64,000 nt of DNA from Octopus bimaculoides (GCF_001194135.2 NC_068988.1:78300017-78364016), one strand, 5' to 3'; numbered from the stretch's first letter, positions 10,988 through 23,305 are shown. Numbers and translations are program-made. The notes: generated from the sequence alone by a model not told the origin.

Positions 10988-13900
10988 GAATGCCCTGATG
11001 GCTAGCAGACTTGATCAAATGCTCCTCTATGTCTGTGATCGGAGCTCTGGATGCAGGTTCCTAATCGACACAGGAGCAGAAGTCAGCATGATCTTGGCGT
11101 CAGCAAGGGACCTCCATCATGGAAAGCAGAGCCAACCTTTAACAGCCACCAACAGTTCTATAATCGAGGCATATGGTTGCTGCACCTTTTCTCTCAACAT
11201 CGGCTCACAAAAATACACATAGGAATTCACCCTCACTGATGTTTATCAGCCCATAATCAGTGTAGACTTTCTTCGAACACGCTTGCTTCTGGTTGATTTG
11301 TGGGGAAGATGACTCCTTGACAACAATACATATGCTTCCGTGCCTCTTGTAACATCTCCACATTCCACCCCTCCCTCACCCCCGCATAGCAACCATCTCA
11401 CAGACCAAGAACAAATTCTTGAATCTTCTTGTAAGTCACCCCAATCTTACCACTCCATCATTCTCCCAACCTACAGCCCGCCACGGAGTAACACACTACA
11501 TCTCCACCACTGCCCCCCCCCCCCCGTGCACAGCCGTTCACGTCGTCTATCACCAAACAAATTTGCAATCACAGAGGNNNNNNNNNNNNCCCCCGTGCAC
11601 AGCCGTTCACGTCGTCTATCACCAAACAAATTTGCAATCACAGAGGCCAAGTTCAACAGTATGGAGGCATTGGGCATAGTTCGTTGATCAAGCAGTCCCT
11701 GGTCATCACCCCTGCATATCGCCCCCAAATCCAGCGGAGGTTATCGACCCTGTGGAGATTACCGCCATCTCAACGCAGATACAACACCTGACCACTACCT
11801 CATCCCACACATACAGGATCTCTCAGCCCAGCTAGCCGGGTGCTCGGTTTTCTCAAAGGTTGACCTCATCTGGGGATACCACCAAATACCAGTACAAGAT
11901 GGTGATGTACTGAAAACTGCTGCGATCACTCCTTTCGGTCTGTACGAATTCCTACATACACCTTTTGAACTGGAAAACGCAGCACAATCCTTCCAACGCC
12001 TGGTGGACACTGTGTGCAGAGGTCTTGATTTTGTCTTTGCATACTTAGATGATGTCCTTATTGCAAGCCCAAACACAGAGCTACATAAAAAGCACCTAGT
12101 CACTCTTTTTGATAGGCTGGAACTGTATGGTTTACTAATCAACCCCACCAAGTGCGTTTTTGGTGTGACAGAAATCGACTTGGGACATTGAATCACGAGT
12201 GCTGGCGCTATATCCCTGCCAGTAAAAGTGAAAGCTATCCTATCCTTTCCACGCTCCACCACAAGCAAAGCTCTACATCAATTCGTGGGCATGGTAAACT
12301 TTTACCATTGCTTCATCCCCTCTGCAGCAAGAGTGATGAGACCCCTATACAAGGCACTGTCAAAAGTGGGTTCAAAAAGACAGGTGAAGTGGGATAGTAC
12401 AATGACTTCAGCCTTTGAACCCACAAAACAAGCCCTGGCTCAAGCAACCATGCTGTCCCATCCTCATATGTCAGCTTGGACTGCACTCACAGTTGACACA
12501 TCCAACACAGCCATTGGGGACGTTTTGTAACAACACATCAACAGTCAGTGGCGACCACTTGCCTTCTTCAGCTGACTACTATGACCCTCTGAACAGAAAT
12601 GCAGTGCTTTTGACAGGTAACTACTGGTTGTCCATCTAGGTGTCTGCCACTTTCGCTATTTCCTTGAAGACCACACATTTACAGTATTTATGGATCACAA
12701 ACCACTAACCTTTGCTATGAGCAAGCTCTCAGAGCTTTGGTCTGCATGCCAGCAATGACAGCTATCGGCCATTTCTGAGTACACCACAGACATCCAACAC
12801 ATAGCCGGCAAGGGCAACTCACTTGCTGATGCACTCTCTCATGCTCCTACCCACTCTCACACCTACCTATCACCAATAACGGAAGGCTTGGATTATGAAG
12901 CTATGGCTGCAACCCAGCAGACAGATGATAAGATCAGGACCTACCACACTGCCATCACATTACTTTAGCTCTAACGGGAAGCCACAACTGATTGTCCCAT
13001 CAGCCTGGTGCAAGAAAATTTTTGACATCATTCATGGACTTTCTCACCAAGGTACTAAAGCCACACGGCAGTTGCTGTCAAGCAAATTTATTTGGCACAG
13101 TATGGTCAAGCAAATCTGGGACTGGACTAGGTCCTGCACCCCCTGTAAACAAGCCAAGATCCATCAACACACCCCCTTGGCAACTATGAACCACCTCAGG
13201 CCCAATACAGCCATGTCAACATCGATCTTGTTGGCCCCCTACTACCTTCACAGGGTTGCTTGTATCTACTGACCTTAGTAGACTACTATTCCTGTTGGCT
13301 TGAGGCTATTCCCCGCCACAGCATGGAAACACAAGAACTCAGCTGAGCCTTCATTGCAAACTGGGTCACCCGTTTTGGTGTCCCAGACAGCTTTTCATCC
13401 ANNNNNNNNNNNNNNNNNNNNNNNNNNNNNNNNNNNNNNNNNNNNNNNNNNNNNNNNNNNNNNNNNNNNNNNNNNNNNNNNNNNNNNNNNNNNNNNNNNN
13501 NNNNNNNNNNNNNNNNNNNNNNNNNNNNNNNNNNNNNNNNNNNNNNNNNNNNNNNNNNNNNNNNNNNNNNNNNNNNNNNNNNNNNNNNNNNNNNNNNNNN
13601 NNNNNNNNNNNNNNNNNNNNNNNNNNNNNNNNNNNNNNNNNNNNNNNNNNNNNNNNNNNNNNNNNNNNTACAGTGCCAGGAGAGTTCCTTCTGAATACAA
13701 AGTCAGACCCGGATGTCAAAAGGTACCTCACTGGGAGACAGCATAGGCCATTTGCACCCCATTCCCGTGTTGACACACGGTACACCCAGATCATTCGTAC
13801 CAAATAACTTCCACATGGCTAACTTTGTGTTCGTTCGATGTGACACACGATGAAAACCCCTCTAGTCACCCTGGTCCATATCAAGTAATACATTTGGGAG

Positions 13901-14140
13901 ATTAAACATTCCAACTCCTAATTTACAGACGACAAGACACAGTCTCCATCAATAGATTGAAACCAGCCCATCTCGATATTGACAACCTTGTTCAAGTAGC
14001 CCAGCCACCAAACAGGGACCGTCCTAGACAGACCACACCAACCCTTGACAAGGAACAGTCAACAAAGAATCAAATAACCACATGCATGGGCAGGACAATT
14101 AAGACGCCTTCCCATTTCCAACGACAGTCAACAGTTCTGG
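10986..14140 (+). pseudogene. Gypsy pol remnant (protease, RT, RNase H, integrase)
   Basis: FLIDTGAEVS (protease); SPWSSPLHI..RPCGDYRHLN; AYLDDVLIAS (YLDD at about 12042-12053); LTVDTSNTAIG (RNase H); HGLSHQG..CTPC (integrase zinc finger); GPYQV..TVSINRLKPA (C-terminus). Many stops and frameshifts; the integrase core is partly in gap 13402-13668. Confidence 0.92.
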
Positions 14141-14150
14141 TGGGGAGCTA

Positions 14151-14406
14151 TGTAGGGCAGGATTTGTGACAGACAAACTGTAGACAGGAACTTTGCTGTG
14201 GGCCAGCTAGGAAGTTGGTCCGCAGCAAAAGGGACTTCCAGTAGGAGAAGAAAAACAAAAGAATGTCAACAGTGAGTATTAAGCGAATCTGAATGAACTA
14301 AACAGAAATATCTGGCGACTGAAGCTCTGATGTATATAAAGTAATAAACCTTTGATAAATGTGTTCTCGTCTCCACTAGTTTGTTTGCGTATAGCTTAAA
14401 ACTATA
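14151..14406 (+). repeat. Gypsy 3' LTR
   Basis: TGTAG...CTATA (CTACA expected), preceded by the PPT. Confidence 0.92.
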
Positions 14407-14565
14407 ATCCTATATTTTAGCTGATAATTATAGATACTATCTAAAGTCTCAACTTAATTGTCTTTCACCAAGATGTCTTTAGTTCAAGACCAACATTGCT
14501 GTCTCATTTTTGTTTTGTTTTGTTAATTTGTTTTGTTTTGTTTTGTTAATTGAGATGAAAGGACA

Positions 14566-14807
14566 CCATCACCCCTATATTTTCATGCACAATTCACTTG
14601 GCTGTAAGCAAAGCCATTGTTTTCTTGAACTCATTTCTTGCAAGCAGTAGGTGCACTATATCATTGATAAGTGTTTTCATGTTTATGTTGGTTGGCCCTC
14701 CTCCAGTAGATATTCTCACCATGACTATCCCATAATTTTTCTTTTTTGTTTATCTGTGTCTCCATTTTCATTCTCTAAGACAGCAGGGTGTGATTTAAAT
14801 TTGGCTG
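14566..14807 (+). repeat. 242-bp perfect direct duplicate of 16576-16817
   Basis: Base-for-base identical by inspection, offset 2010 bp. Confidence 0.9.
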
Positions 14808-16575
14808 TTTTTTTTTTGTTCTTGTTTTTTTTTCTTAATTAATGATAACATAATTGTATGAGGTCGTATGTTCTCTAGTTACTTCAGAATGGCATTGATC
14901 AATACTTTGGTGGGCTTTACACATATGATTACATATATCAGAATTAAACACAGTTAAGAAGAACATTAAATCTTTGTGCAATTTGAGAAGTGAATTTGCT
15001 TGATATGTAGGATAATAGTCAGAAATGAATAGTCTTCACTTAGCTGCAAACAATGAGTGCAAGAATCTGCCAAATGATGACAGAGATCCAGTATTTCAGA
15101 TGTAAAAAAAAAACACGTGTAGTTGGCAGAAGAATTCAGTATCTTCTGATCCATCACCCACTTTGATGGTTTACTAGCTATAAATGGCTGTTCCTCTTTC
15201 TTTAGTCATCTAATTAATGTTGGATCTCATTGAAAATTAAAGCAATCTCTCAAAAATCTTTAAAGAGCTATTTTCTACATGCATAAGGCAGTTGGTATAG
15301 AGCATAAGAGTTGAAGTGTGCAAGAGAAATTACTATTTGGTTTTTGGTCAGTGATACAAATAGACATTGTGTGGTGGTGGTTGGGGGCAGTTCTTGTGCA
15401 GCTGTTATTTGAAGAGTACTTATTGTCAAAGAACAGGGAAGGAAACTTGAAAGACCCTACAGAGTAGATGAAAAAGAGTTGGTTGGTAAACAATGCTGTG
15501 TGGTCAAGCTATCTAATCAAAGCTAGTATAGAAAACTAGAAATTAAAATGTTGATGCAGTGTACTGCTTACTAATTTCTAGAAGTAACTTGAGGGCCTAT
15601 TTGATAAGGCTTTAATTACCATTATACAGTGATTATTGAACTTACTCTATCATTTAGTTGGGATTATAGAGTAGCCCAGTAACATTTTCATGTAGAGATC
15701 TAGGTATTTGTACATATATCAACCTTTAATGGGTGTATTTCATAAGTAATTAGTCATATGGTATAATGAGTAGTAAAACTATTTACACTGCAAATTTCAA
15801 TTTGAGATATATATTTTCTCAGAAATTAGCATGCGGCATGTTTTTGATATGAAGAAATCGATCTTATAACATATATTTAAGGTTTATTGGTTAAGTAGAG
15901 TTAATAGATCACCAGACAAAGTGCTTTATGGTATTTACTCTTTTCTCTTTATGTTTTAAGTTCAAATCTAAAGATAAACTTAGTTTTACACTCTTCTAAT
16001 TCTGGGTCAACATTATTGACTATGTCCCTAAATTGTCCTTACAATTTGTGAATTGTGTAATTTAGAAATCCTTATTCAAATACTTTAATCAGGGGTTTCA
16101 TTTCTATTTCAAATGAAGTTTACAGTAAGCCTGTGTTTCTTTCTCTGGATTTTCACTTGGTTTTTGAAGTTCATTTAGTGGTTGTATATCTTTTGGGAAT
16201 GACAGTAGTGCTTTCCTTACCAGAAATGTCTCAAAATTCATTTTCTGCTAGAAGGTGAATCCTGTTCCATCATAAAAATATCATGCAGATATGAGAACAT
16301 TAATTTTGAAAATGTCTCCCCTCTGTTGTTGGTTCATTGACTTCCATTGCTGAGTTGATCAATCCCTGAACACCTTCATGTGTAGCGATCTAGAGAAGAG
16401 TCTGTTCCTCAGACATTGATATTCATGTAATACTCAGAGTTGTAGGATGTTGCTTCTTCATTTGTATTCTTCAGAAAGAAACTGGGTTCTTGGTAATCAA
16501 ATGTCAGATGTAGCTTCATGATCAAGCAACAGACACTGATAAAAATCCAACTATAAAAAATTGATGGCTTCTATC

Positions 16576-16817
16576 CCATCACCCCTATATTTTCATGCAC
16601 AATTCACTTGGCTGTAAGCAAAGCCATTGTTTTCTTGAACTCATTTCTTGCAAGCAGTAGGTGCACTATATCATTGATAAGTGTTTTCATGTTTATGTTG
16701 GTTGGCCCTCCTCCAGTAGATATTCTCACCATGACTATCCCATAATTTTTCTTTTTTGTTTATCTGTGTCTCCATTTTCATTCTCTAAGACAGCAGGGTG
16801 TGATTTAAATTTGGCTG
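16576..16817 (+). repeat. 242-bp perfect direct duplicate of 14566-14807 (probable source copy)
   Basis: This copy continues into the rest of a dispersed repeat (GGCTGCTATTTCTAG...), whereas the 14.6-kb copy stops in the middle of it. Confidence 0.9.
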
Positions 16818-17323
16818 CTATTTCTAGTGTGTTAGGTGACCGCATAGAATCTTCCTCAATGGCTCCTCTTTTGTTTGTTTGTGGTGATGAGTTTGTATTG
16901 CTGAAGACAATGAAAGATGATGACTCTTATGTATACTCTTTTTCAGTAGATCCTGAAGTTCATACTTTCTTTCTGCTTTTAGATAAGAAGATGGAGAGTA
17001 CACCAAGTCAATGATGGTCCCTCTATGTAGCTCTTTAAGCAGCTAGAAATAGCAGCCAAATCTTCCTTGGTTCATACCTTTCTGTATTAAAAAGAGGCCA
17101 CATCATAGGTATACCAAAACGTGAGGTGGTCATTATTGGAATGTCTCTGAAAGACAACTGGGATTAGATAACAACTGCAGCAACAACAGTTTTAATGTAG
17201 CAGTTGCCATTCTCATAATTTGGTCCTCATCTTATCCTTATTTACTATTGCTCCTCTATGTAGAGAAGAATATTAGGATTAATATTCTGAGAAAATTGCT
17301 TCATTTATTTAGAATCAAATTAT

Positions 17324-18135
17324 CATCATCAAAATACATCCATTTTCCATGCTGGTATGGGTTGGATGGTTTGGCAGGAGCTAGCCAGCTGAAGACCTGG
17401 CTGAGTTCCATATCTGTTTTGGTATGGTTTCTATAGCTGAACGCCCTTCCTAATGCCAATAACTTAACAGTGTACTGGGTGCTTTTACATGGCACCAGCA
17501 CTATGAGCCCGCAAGATTTGAATTGCTCAGCTGATGAAGGATGCAGGAGTCATGCCTGTATGCAATTTAACTTGATGTATCCTCTCAAGCACAGCAAACT
17601 GCCAGGAGTCTTGCTCCCTTGTCATCCCCTCTGTGAGGCCCAGCATCTGAAGATCCTATCTCACCACTTCATCCCACATCTTCCTGAGTCTACTCCTTCC
17701 ACATGTTCCCTCCACAATTAAAGATTGGCACTCCTTGATTCAACTGTCTTCATTCATACGCATTACATAACCAAACTACATCCGATGCCTCATATTTCCA
17801 GTTTTTCTCTCAAATCACATTGTATTGTACATGCACACTGACATTGCCCATCCAGCTGCACATGCAGACTTCATTTCTTTCAAGCCTTCGCATCTCCTCA
17901 GTAGTCACAGCCCATATCTCACTGCCATATAGCATAGCTGTTTGTACACAGGCATCATACAATCTGCCCTTCACTCTGAGAGAGAGACCCTTTGTTATTA
18001 ACAGTGGTAGTAGCTCTCTAAACTTTACCCAGTCTGTTCTTATCCTAGCAGCTATGCTTTTGGAATAACCTCCACCACTACTAACTTGGTCACCTAAGTA
18101 ATGGAAAGTGTCTACTATTTCTAAGGATCTTCACT
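17324..18135 (-). mobile_element. 3' fragment of an RTE-clade LINE (RT C-terminus, 3' UTR and (GAT)n tail)
   Basis: VDTFHYLGDQVSSGGG..RIRTDWVKFRELLPLL..KGRLYDACVQTAMLYGSEIWA..RLERNE..GRSRLRKMWDEVVR.DLQMLGL, followed by the abundant 3' UTR ending CCAGCATGGAAA..GATGATGAT. Isolated copies of this tail occur at about 600-720, 21150-21330, 30020-30180, 30480-30740, 35370-35585, 39825-39960, 58440-58610 and elsewhere. Confidence 0.88.
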
Positions 18136-19357
18136 TTCAATAAATATGTTAGAACAGAGCTGTTATCATGGTGTTTAAGGAATTTAGCTTTGCCGTTTTT
18201 CCTTATTTCTTTCAGTCTCATTTCTTCTCTGCGCATCTGTATCATATTAAACATATTTAGCATTGTGAATGTGTATGGTCTACTAATGAAGATGATGCCC
18301 TCATGATTATAATGTTCTAATTGGATATCTGAATTTGTGTGGTGCATTATGTCCTTGAGCAAGGTATTTCACATTGCCCCAGTTGATTCAGCTGAAAATG
18401 AGTCCCAACTAAGTTCTGAAGCTGCCCTCTCACCCTTCAACTGCCACTTCCTCTATGTTCTGCAGGGTGGGAAGGCGCTTGTTATCAGGTCATACTCCAC
18501 TTGTAAGTGACTAAGTTATGGGCTGTAGTTTTTGACTTTTAGCCTTACATGTAACAGTGTTTGCTTTTGTCTTCAAATCCAGGATTCATTGTTGCTTATT
18601 TAGTTAACTTGCCAATAACCTCCCCGACAGCTTGACATTTCTTTGAACACTCAGTTATTTCATGTTTGTGCATGCATGTCTGAATAGAGTTTACAACGCA
18701 ATCGTTTTATTGTCAAGGTCAAACTGTGGCTGTCACTTAAAAGATTTTACTGTTGTTCTAAATTATTGAAATGTCATTTATTATTATTATACTATCAATT
18801 CAGTGATACTCTCTCAACCAATTTTTATTACTATAAAACTACCCTCATGTTAAATATCTTCAATCATTTATTTTCATTTTAAATTATTTTCTTTCTAAAG
18901 TTTAATATTTAATAATACTAACAAAAACACTGCCCTCTGAGTGGTTTTCTGTTAGTCACTAATTTATATTTACACATTTGATTCCCAAGTTGTGTAATTA
19001 TTCTAAGTTACATCTAATTTCCCTTTGTATCCTTTATTCATCAATAAATAAATGTAGAATGGCAAGCACTTCAGAGACTTAAAATTTGTGAGGAAATCAA
19101 ATATTATGTTGACTTATCTTAGCTGTGTAAAAGTCCTTAGTTTATCATATAGATACATTTCAGATGATGTCATAATTTGCATGATTGGTAAAAATCACAG
19201 TGAAAAACTTATTGTTGGTTGAAATACATGTGATTGTATAACTGATTATTTGCTCTACATTACTTTTTGTATCAATTACAATACAGTCTCCTATTGCAGT
19301 ACATAAGGTTATTTTTTGAAACATTGTGCTCAACAATGGTTGATAGAAAATGAGATA

Positions 19358-20023
19358 CAAGGTGGTATCAAAAAGTTCCCGAACTAATTACATTTAATAA
19401 AGAAATAACTTATTTACCGAAGTTTTAACATCTTGTTTGAAATAGTTACTGGTCCCAGAAGAGGGTGCGAAAGCAATACCATGTTGTATTTTGGCGAGAA
19501 ACTCGAGTGAGGAGAGCTTGGTGACAGACTGCATTGTCATCATGAAACATCCATTTCTTTATGCTCTACAGATCTGATTGCTTTTGCTTCATGTCCTCTC
19601 TCAAATGCTTCAAAACGTTGCAGTAACACTCTCAATTGATGGTCTGGCCCTAGGGGACAAATTCTCAATACACAATATTATGGATGTCAAAAAGCAATGA
19701 GCATGCTTTTGACTGAGCTGTTGAAGTGCCTGTGCCACTTGAAGCATTGCATATGAGTCATTACCTCATCACTGTAAGCTTCCTGAAGCATGCTCAATGT
19801 CTCTGTAGCCAGACTTCCCAAGTTTAACACAAAATTTCATGTTGGCTTTTTGTTCCAACTTCCTGTCCATGACAAAAATCGCAGACTACAGCATACACGT
19901 CACAAAAACACAAATTTCACAACTTGCAAAGTAAACACAGCTATGTCACTTAGCACACTGCCTCATGAAGGTCACTGCTAGTTCTCACTGTGTGCTGCAG
20001 AAGTAGTCCACGATACCACCTCG
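19358..20023 (-). mobile_element. Internally deleted mariner (DD34D-type) element
   Basis: TA|CAAGGTGGTATC ... GATACCACCTCG|TA terminal inverted repeats with TA duplication. The minus strand reads MDRKLEQKANMKFCVKLGKS.. and EFVP.GQTIN..CNVLKHLRE..FHDDNA..NMVLLSHP. Confidence 0.9.
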
Positions 20024-20511
20024 TAAGTTTATATTTGGTAATATTGACATAAGTAAATTAAAACTCCTTTTCTTCTTCACAAACACCTGGCAGATTTGAT
20101 GTGGAATTAGACTTATAATTAAAATTATAATTTGGAGAAATGCTTTTACTGATATGTCATGAAAGTAGCATCATGATGCCTGAGAGAGAAAGAGAAAAGT
20201 CATATCACAGCATTAAAAAAACACAGTATCACATTAAATTCAAATAAGTTTTTTTAATTGAAATCTTCAATAAATATAAGTTCATTGAGAACTATAATTT
20301 GATAAAAATATTAAAATTGGAATTTTTAAGAATTTTCTAGACAGTGTAGTCTTTAATAATTGCTTTTATTTCTTAGTAAAAATGATTTCAAACTAATTAA
20401 TAAGCAATGTTCTTTATTGTAGTATAGCTGAACATCTCAATTTAGATTATCTTTTTTATTTTTTATTTTATTTATATATTATAGTTTTCCAATATTGTGT
20501 TACTTTTTCAG

Positions 20512-20571
20512 ACAGCATGTTTGTAGTTCATTGGAAAAATGTTCATCTCCATGATCAGAAATCAGTGAAAG
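20512..20571 (+). CDS. PLXDC2: PLXDC-like exon B (60 bp, phase 1-1)
   Basis: TTTTTCAG|AC AGC ATG ... GTG AAA G|GTGAGG. Encodes (D)SMFVVHWKNVHLHDQKSVK, matching the PLXDC 'ALVVQWDHVHLQD' segment and in frame with exons A and C. Confidence 0.92.
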
Positions 20572-22103
20572 GTGAGGATGAATTCTTATTCTGTTTTTCT
20601 TTTTAAATGTACCCATGAAATATATCACAAAGAATATAATCTTTTAGAGCGAGACAAGATTGTAACTTTAATTTATTCATGTGAAGCTTTAGTGTAATTA
20701 TGACCCACATATATCTTCTTTGTCACAATATTTATCTATCTGCAAGTAATGCAGGACCCTTGGTATACGGTATAAAAAGGTTCTAAATTTTTTTTAAAAA
20801 CATATTAAGTTTTCTTATTCCCCAAAAGTAAAACTACAATTTCATTTACATGTTTTAGGTAGATATGGTTTATGACTCTTGTATTTGCTTGTATAAATAT
20901 TTAAATACTCTGTCAGAAAAGAGTCTTATTTGGTTAGTGTTTCTTACAATCACAGGTAATTTCCATTTATGAAGAGAGGAAATAGTTCTATTGTTGCCAT
21001 TAAATGAAATGTCTTACATTGTTAGAATCTTAATGGCAGTAAACTAAAAAGAGGTCTGCAAAGACTGCTCTTATAAAGATTGTATTTGTATTACCTCTGA
21101 ACTTTAAAACATTTTGGATTTAAAGAAATTATTTTAGATCTGTGTATGAGCTGGTGCCGTGTGAAAAGCACTCAGTTCACTTTGTAGGGTGGTTGGTGTT
21201 AAAACCATACTGTAAAAACCATGTCAAAACAGACACAAAAGCCTGGTGCCGTCTGCTGCCTGGCTGGCTCCTGTCAAACTGTCCAACCCATGCCAGTATG
21301 GAAGACATGCATTAAACGATGATGATGATGAACTCTTGTGTGGAATTTTGTAGAGTGAGAAATCTTGTACATCTATTAGTAATAAAGTAATGTGACATTA
21401 ATTGAGGTACTTTAGGAAAATAAAAAAATGTCTAGATGCTGGTGTAGTCATAGCTGTGTGCTTAAGAAGCTTACTTTGTTATCATATAGTTTTGAGTTCA
21501 GCCATACAGCCCAGCAATTTGGGCAAATGTCTTTTATCATAACCCTGGGACAACCAATGCCTTGTGAGTGACTTTGGTAAGCAGAAACAATGTGGAAGCC
21601 TGTTGTGAATACACACATACGTACGTACATACATACATACATACAAACAAACAAGGATAATATAACACAAGGATAGAGGATAACAGACTTTAAGAGTAGA
21701 TCACATCATTTGTTTCTCACAGTACACCAACTTTAGTTGCTGAATTTATATTCATATACCATTGTAAAAGATTATTTTTTATAATTGCTGTACAGTTGAA
21801 TGCTGCTCAATAACAGCCATGTGTGGGCACTTCATCAAGGCAGAATACAATTAATTCTTGTTGGATTTTTTCTGGGTACATGTGTGTCTTTGTATATGTC
21901 CTTTCCTACTATTGCTTGACAACTGGTGTTGGTTTGTTTATGTCCTCAACTAAACAGTTTGGCAAAAGAGATTGTTCGAAGGATTATTTACTTAAACTCA
22001 GTGGAATACATCCACCGGTTTTCAAGAATAGAAATATTAATATTTCTAAGTCTCTCTAAAGGAGACTACGGCAGCGGTACTGGATATTAATAGTTATCGC
22101 CAA

Positions 22104-22471
22104 GCCAACATGGCAGTTCAAAAAAATAGGACAAATGCTGCTATTGATTAGCTCCAAGAGGCCATCACCCCTAGCTAGCTATGTGACACATGAACCTGTG
22201 TCCATAATAACTTTCGAACAAAGGAGGTCAGCCGCCTCCCCTTGCTGGTCTGACATCTACAGACTAGTTTCAGGGTATTTGCCCCTTATCAATGTAGAGC
22301 AGCCAAACTAGTCTGTAGATGCCAGACCAGCAAGGGGAAGCGGCTGACCTCCCCTGTTCAAATGTTATAATGGACACAGGTTCGTGTGTCACATAGCTAG
22401 CTAGAGGCGATGGCCTCTTGGAGCTAATCAACGGCAGCATTCGTCCTTTTTTTCTGGATTGCCATGTTAGC
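22104..22471. mobile_element. 368-bp foldback element, probably Penelope pLTR-derived, with a central hammerhead
   Basis: Arms 22104-22270 and 22305-22471 are inverted copies around a 34-nt spacer. The spacer plus the arm end form a minimal hammerhead of the type found in PLE pseudo-LTRs. Confidence 0.85.
22257..22297 (-). ncRNA. Minimal type I hammerhead ribozyme with U3-A8 core variant
   Basis: Minus strand: CTACA-TTGATAA-GGGG-CAAATA-CCCT-GAAA-CTAG-TC-TGTAG. It has a perfect 5-bp stem I, a 4-bp stem II (one G-U), intact GAAA, a palindromic stem III (ACTAGT) and a GUC cleavage triplet (C17 = position 22262). The motif is clear; activity is untested. Confidence 0.75.
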
Positions 22472-23305
22472 TAGGTAAAGTTATTTTAACAACTTACAAA
22501 TTCCTATGCATACTTAAAGAACCATTTTCTATAGATCATTTAGCATGGTGTAGTAATCAAGTTGAAAATAAAGGCTCCACATTATAATATCATTAGCTAG
22601 CTGACATGTTTAAGACATTTAGAAGGCTAACTGTTGATGGCACTGCTTAGACATTCTAAATTATGTTAGTAAATCCTCCTTTATTATGGTGTCTCCCCTT
22701 AAGAAAACTTAAGGCTCCCATTCAGTGGCCTAAAAATGTAAGGTGTCTTTGAATAGCCTGTCTTCCAATCATTTTACATTTGCATGCTGATGTTAATGAC
22801 TTTTAGATAATGTCTTAAGCCAAAAATTACTTTGAAGTGACTTCAAATAAGTGGACCCTATCACTTATAAAGTTTGATTTCATTTTAAGCAAAATCTAAA
22901 ACATCTTCTTGAAATATTATAACATTACAAAAATTTACTCTTATATAACATTATTAAGTAATTATGATGCACAACTTAAATATTCTCTCCTGATGTACAT
23001 CTCTAATACAAGGAATACGGCTGAATGACTGAATGGTGTCAGAAAGTTTCTGTTTTTGCTGTAATGTTTATTTCAATCATGCATTCATATAAATGTTGTA
23101 TTACAGTTCTTGTGATTCAACTATTTTAAGGCTTAAGTTTGTTGTTCGTGATACAGCCATAGTGAAGTTTATGAAGTATAAAATAGATAGTACAGAGCTA
23201 CATTAAATGTACTTTTTTCTTTTGTGTTCATAAATATATATTGTAGATTTAAATCACAAGAGTTGAAAAAGTGCTGACAACAGGAATTTTGTTTTCTCTT
23301 TACAG

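Larger units (their letters stand above)
10053..14406 (+). mobile_element. Near full-length degenerate Ty3/Gypsy LTR retrotransposon
   Basis: Two roughly 250-bp LTRs starting TGTAG, a tRNA-Trp PBS, a PPT (CTGGTGGGGAGCTA, 14137-14150), and gag and pol remnants in PR-RT-RH-IN order. Flanks ATCT (left) and ATCC (right) look like a 4-bp TSD with one mismatch. Confidence 0.95.

Noticed and set aside
11521-11646. 57-bp direct repeat inside Gypsy pol on both sides of a 12-N gap
   Set aside because: Identical sequence flanking a tiny gap is the signature of unmerged overlapping contig ends; assembly artefact.
20512-20515. Alternative acceptor CAG|ACAG| at exon B
   Set aside because: A 4-nt shift would frameshift the conserved downstream exons.
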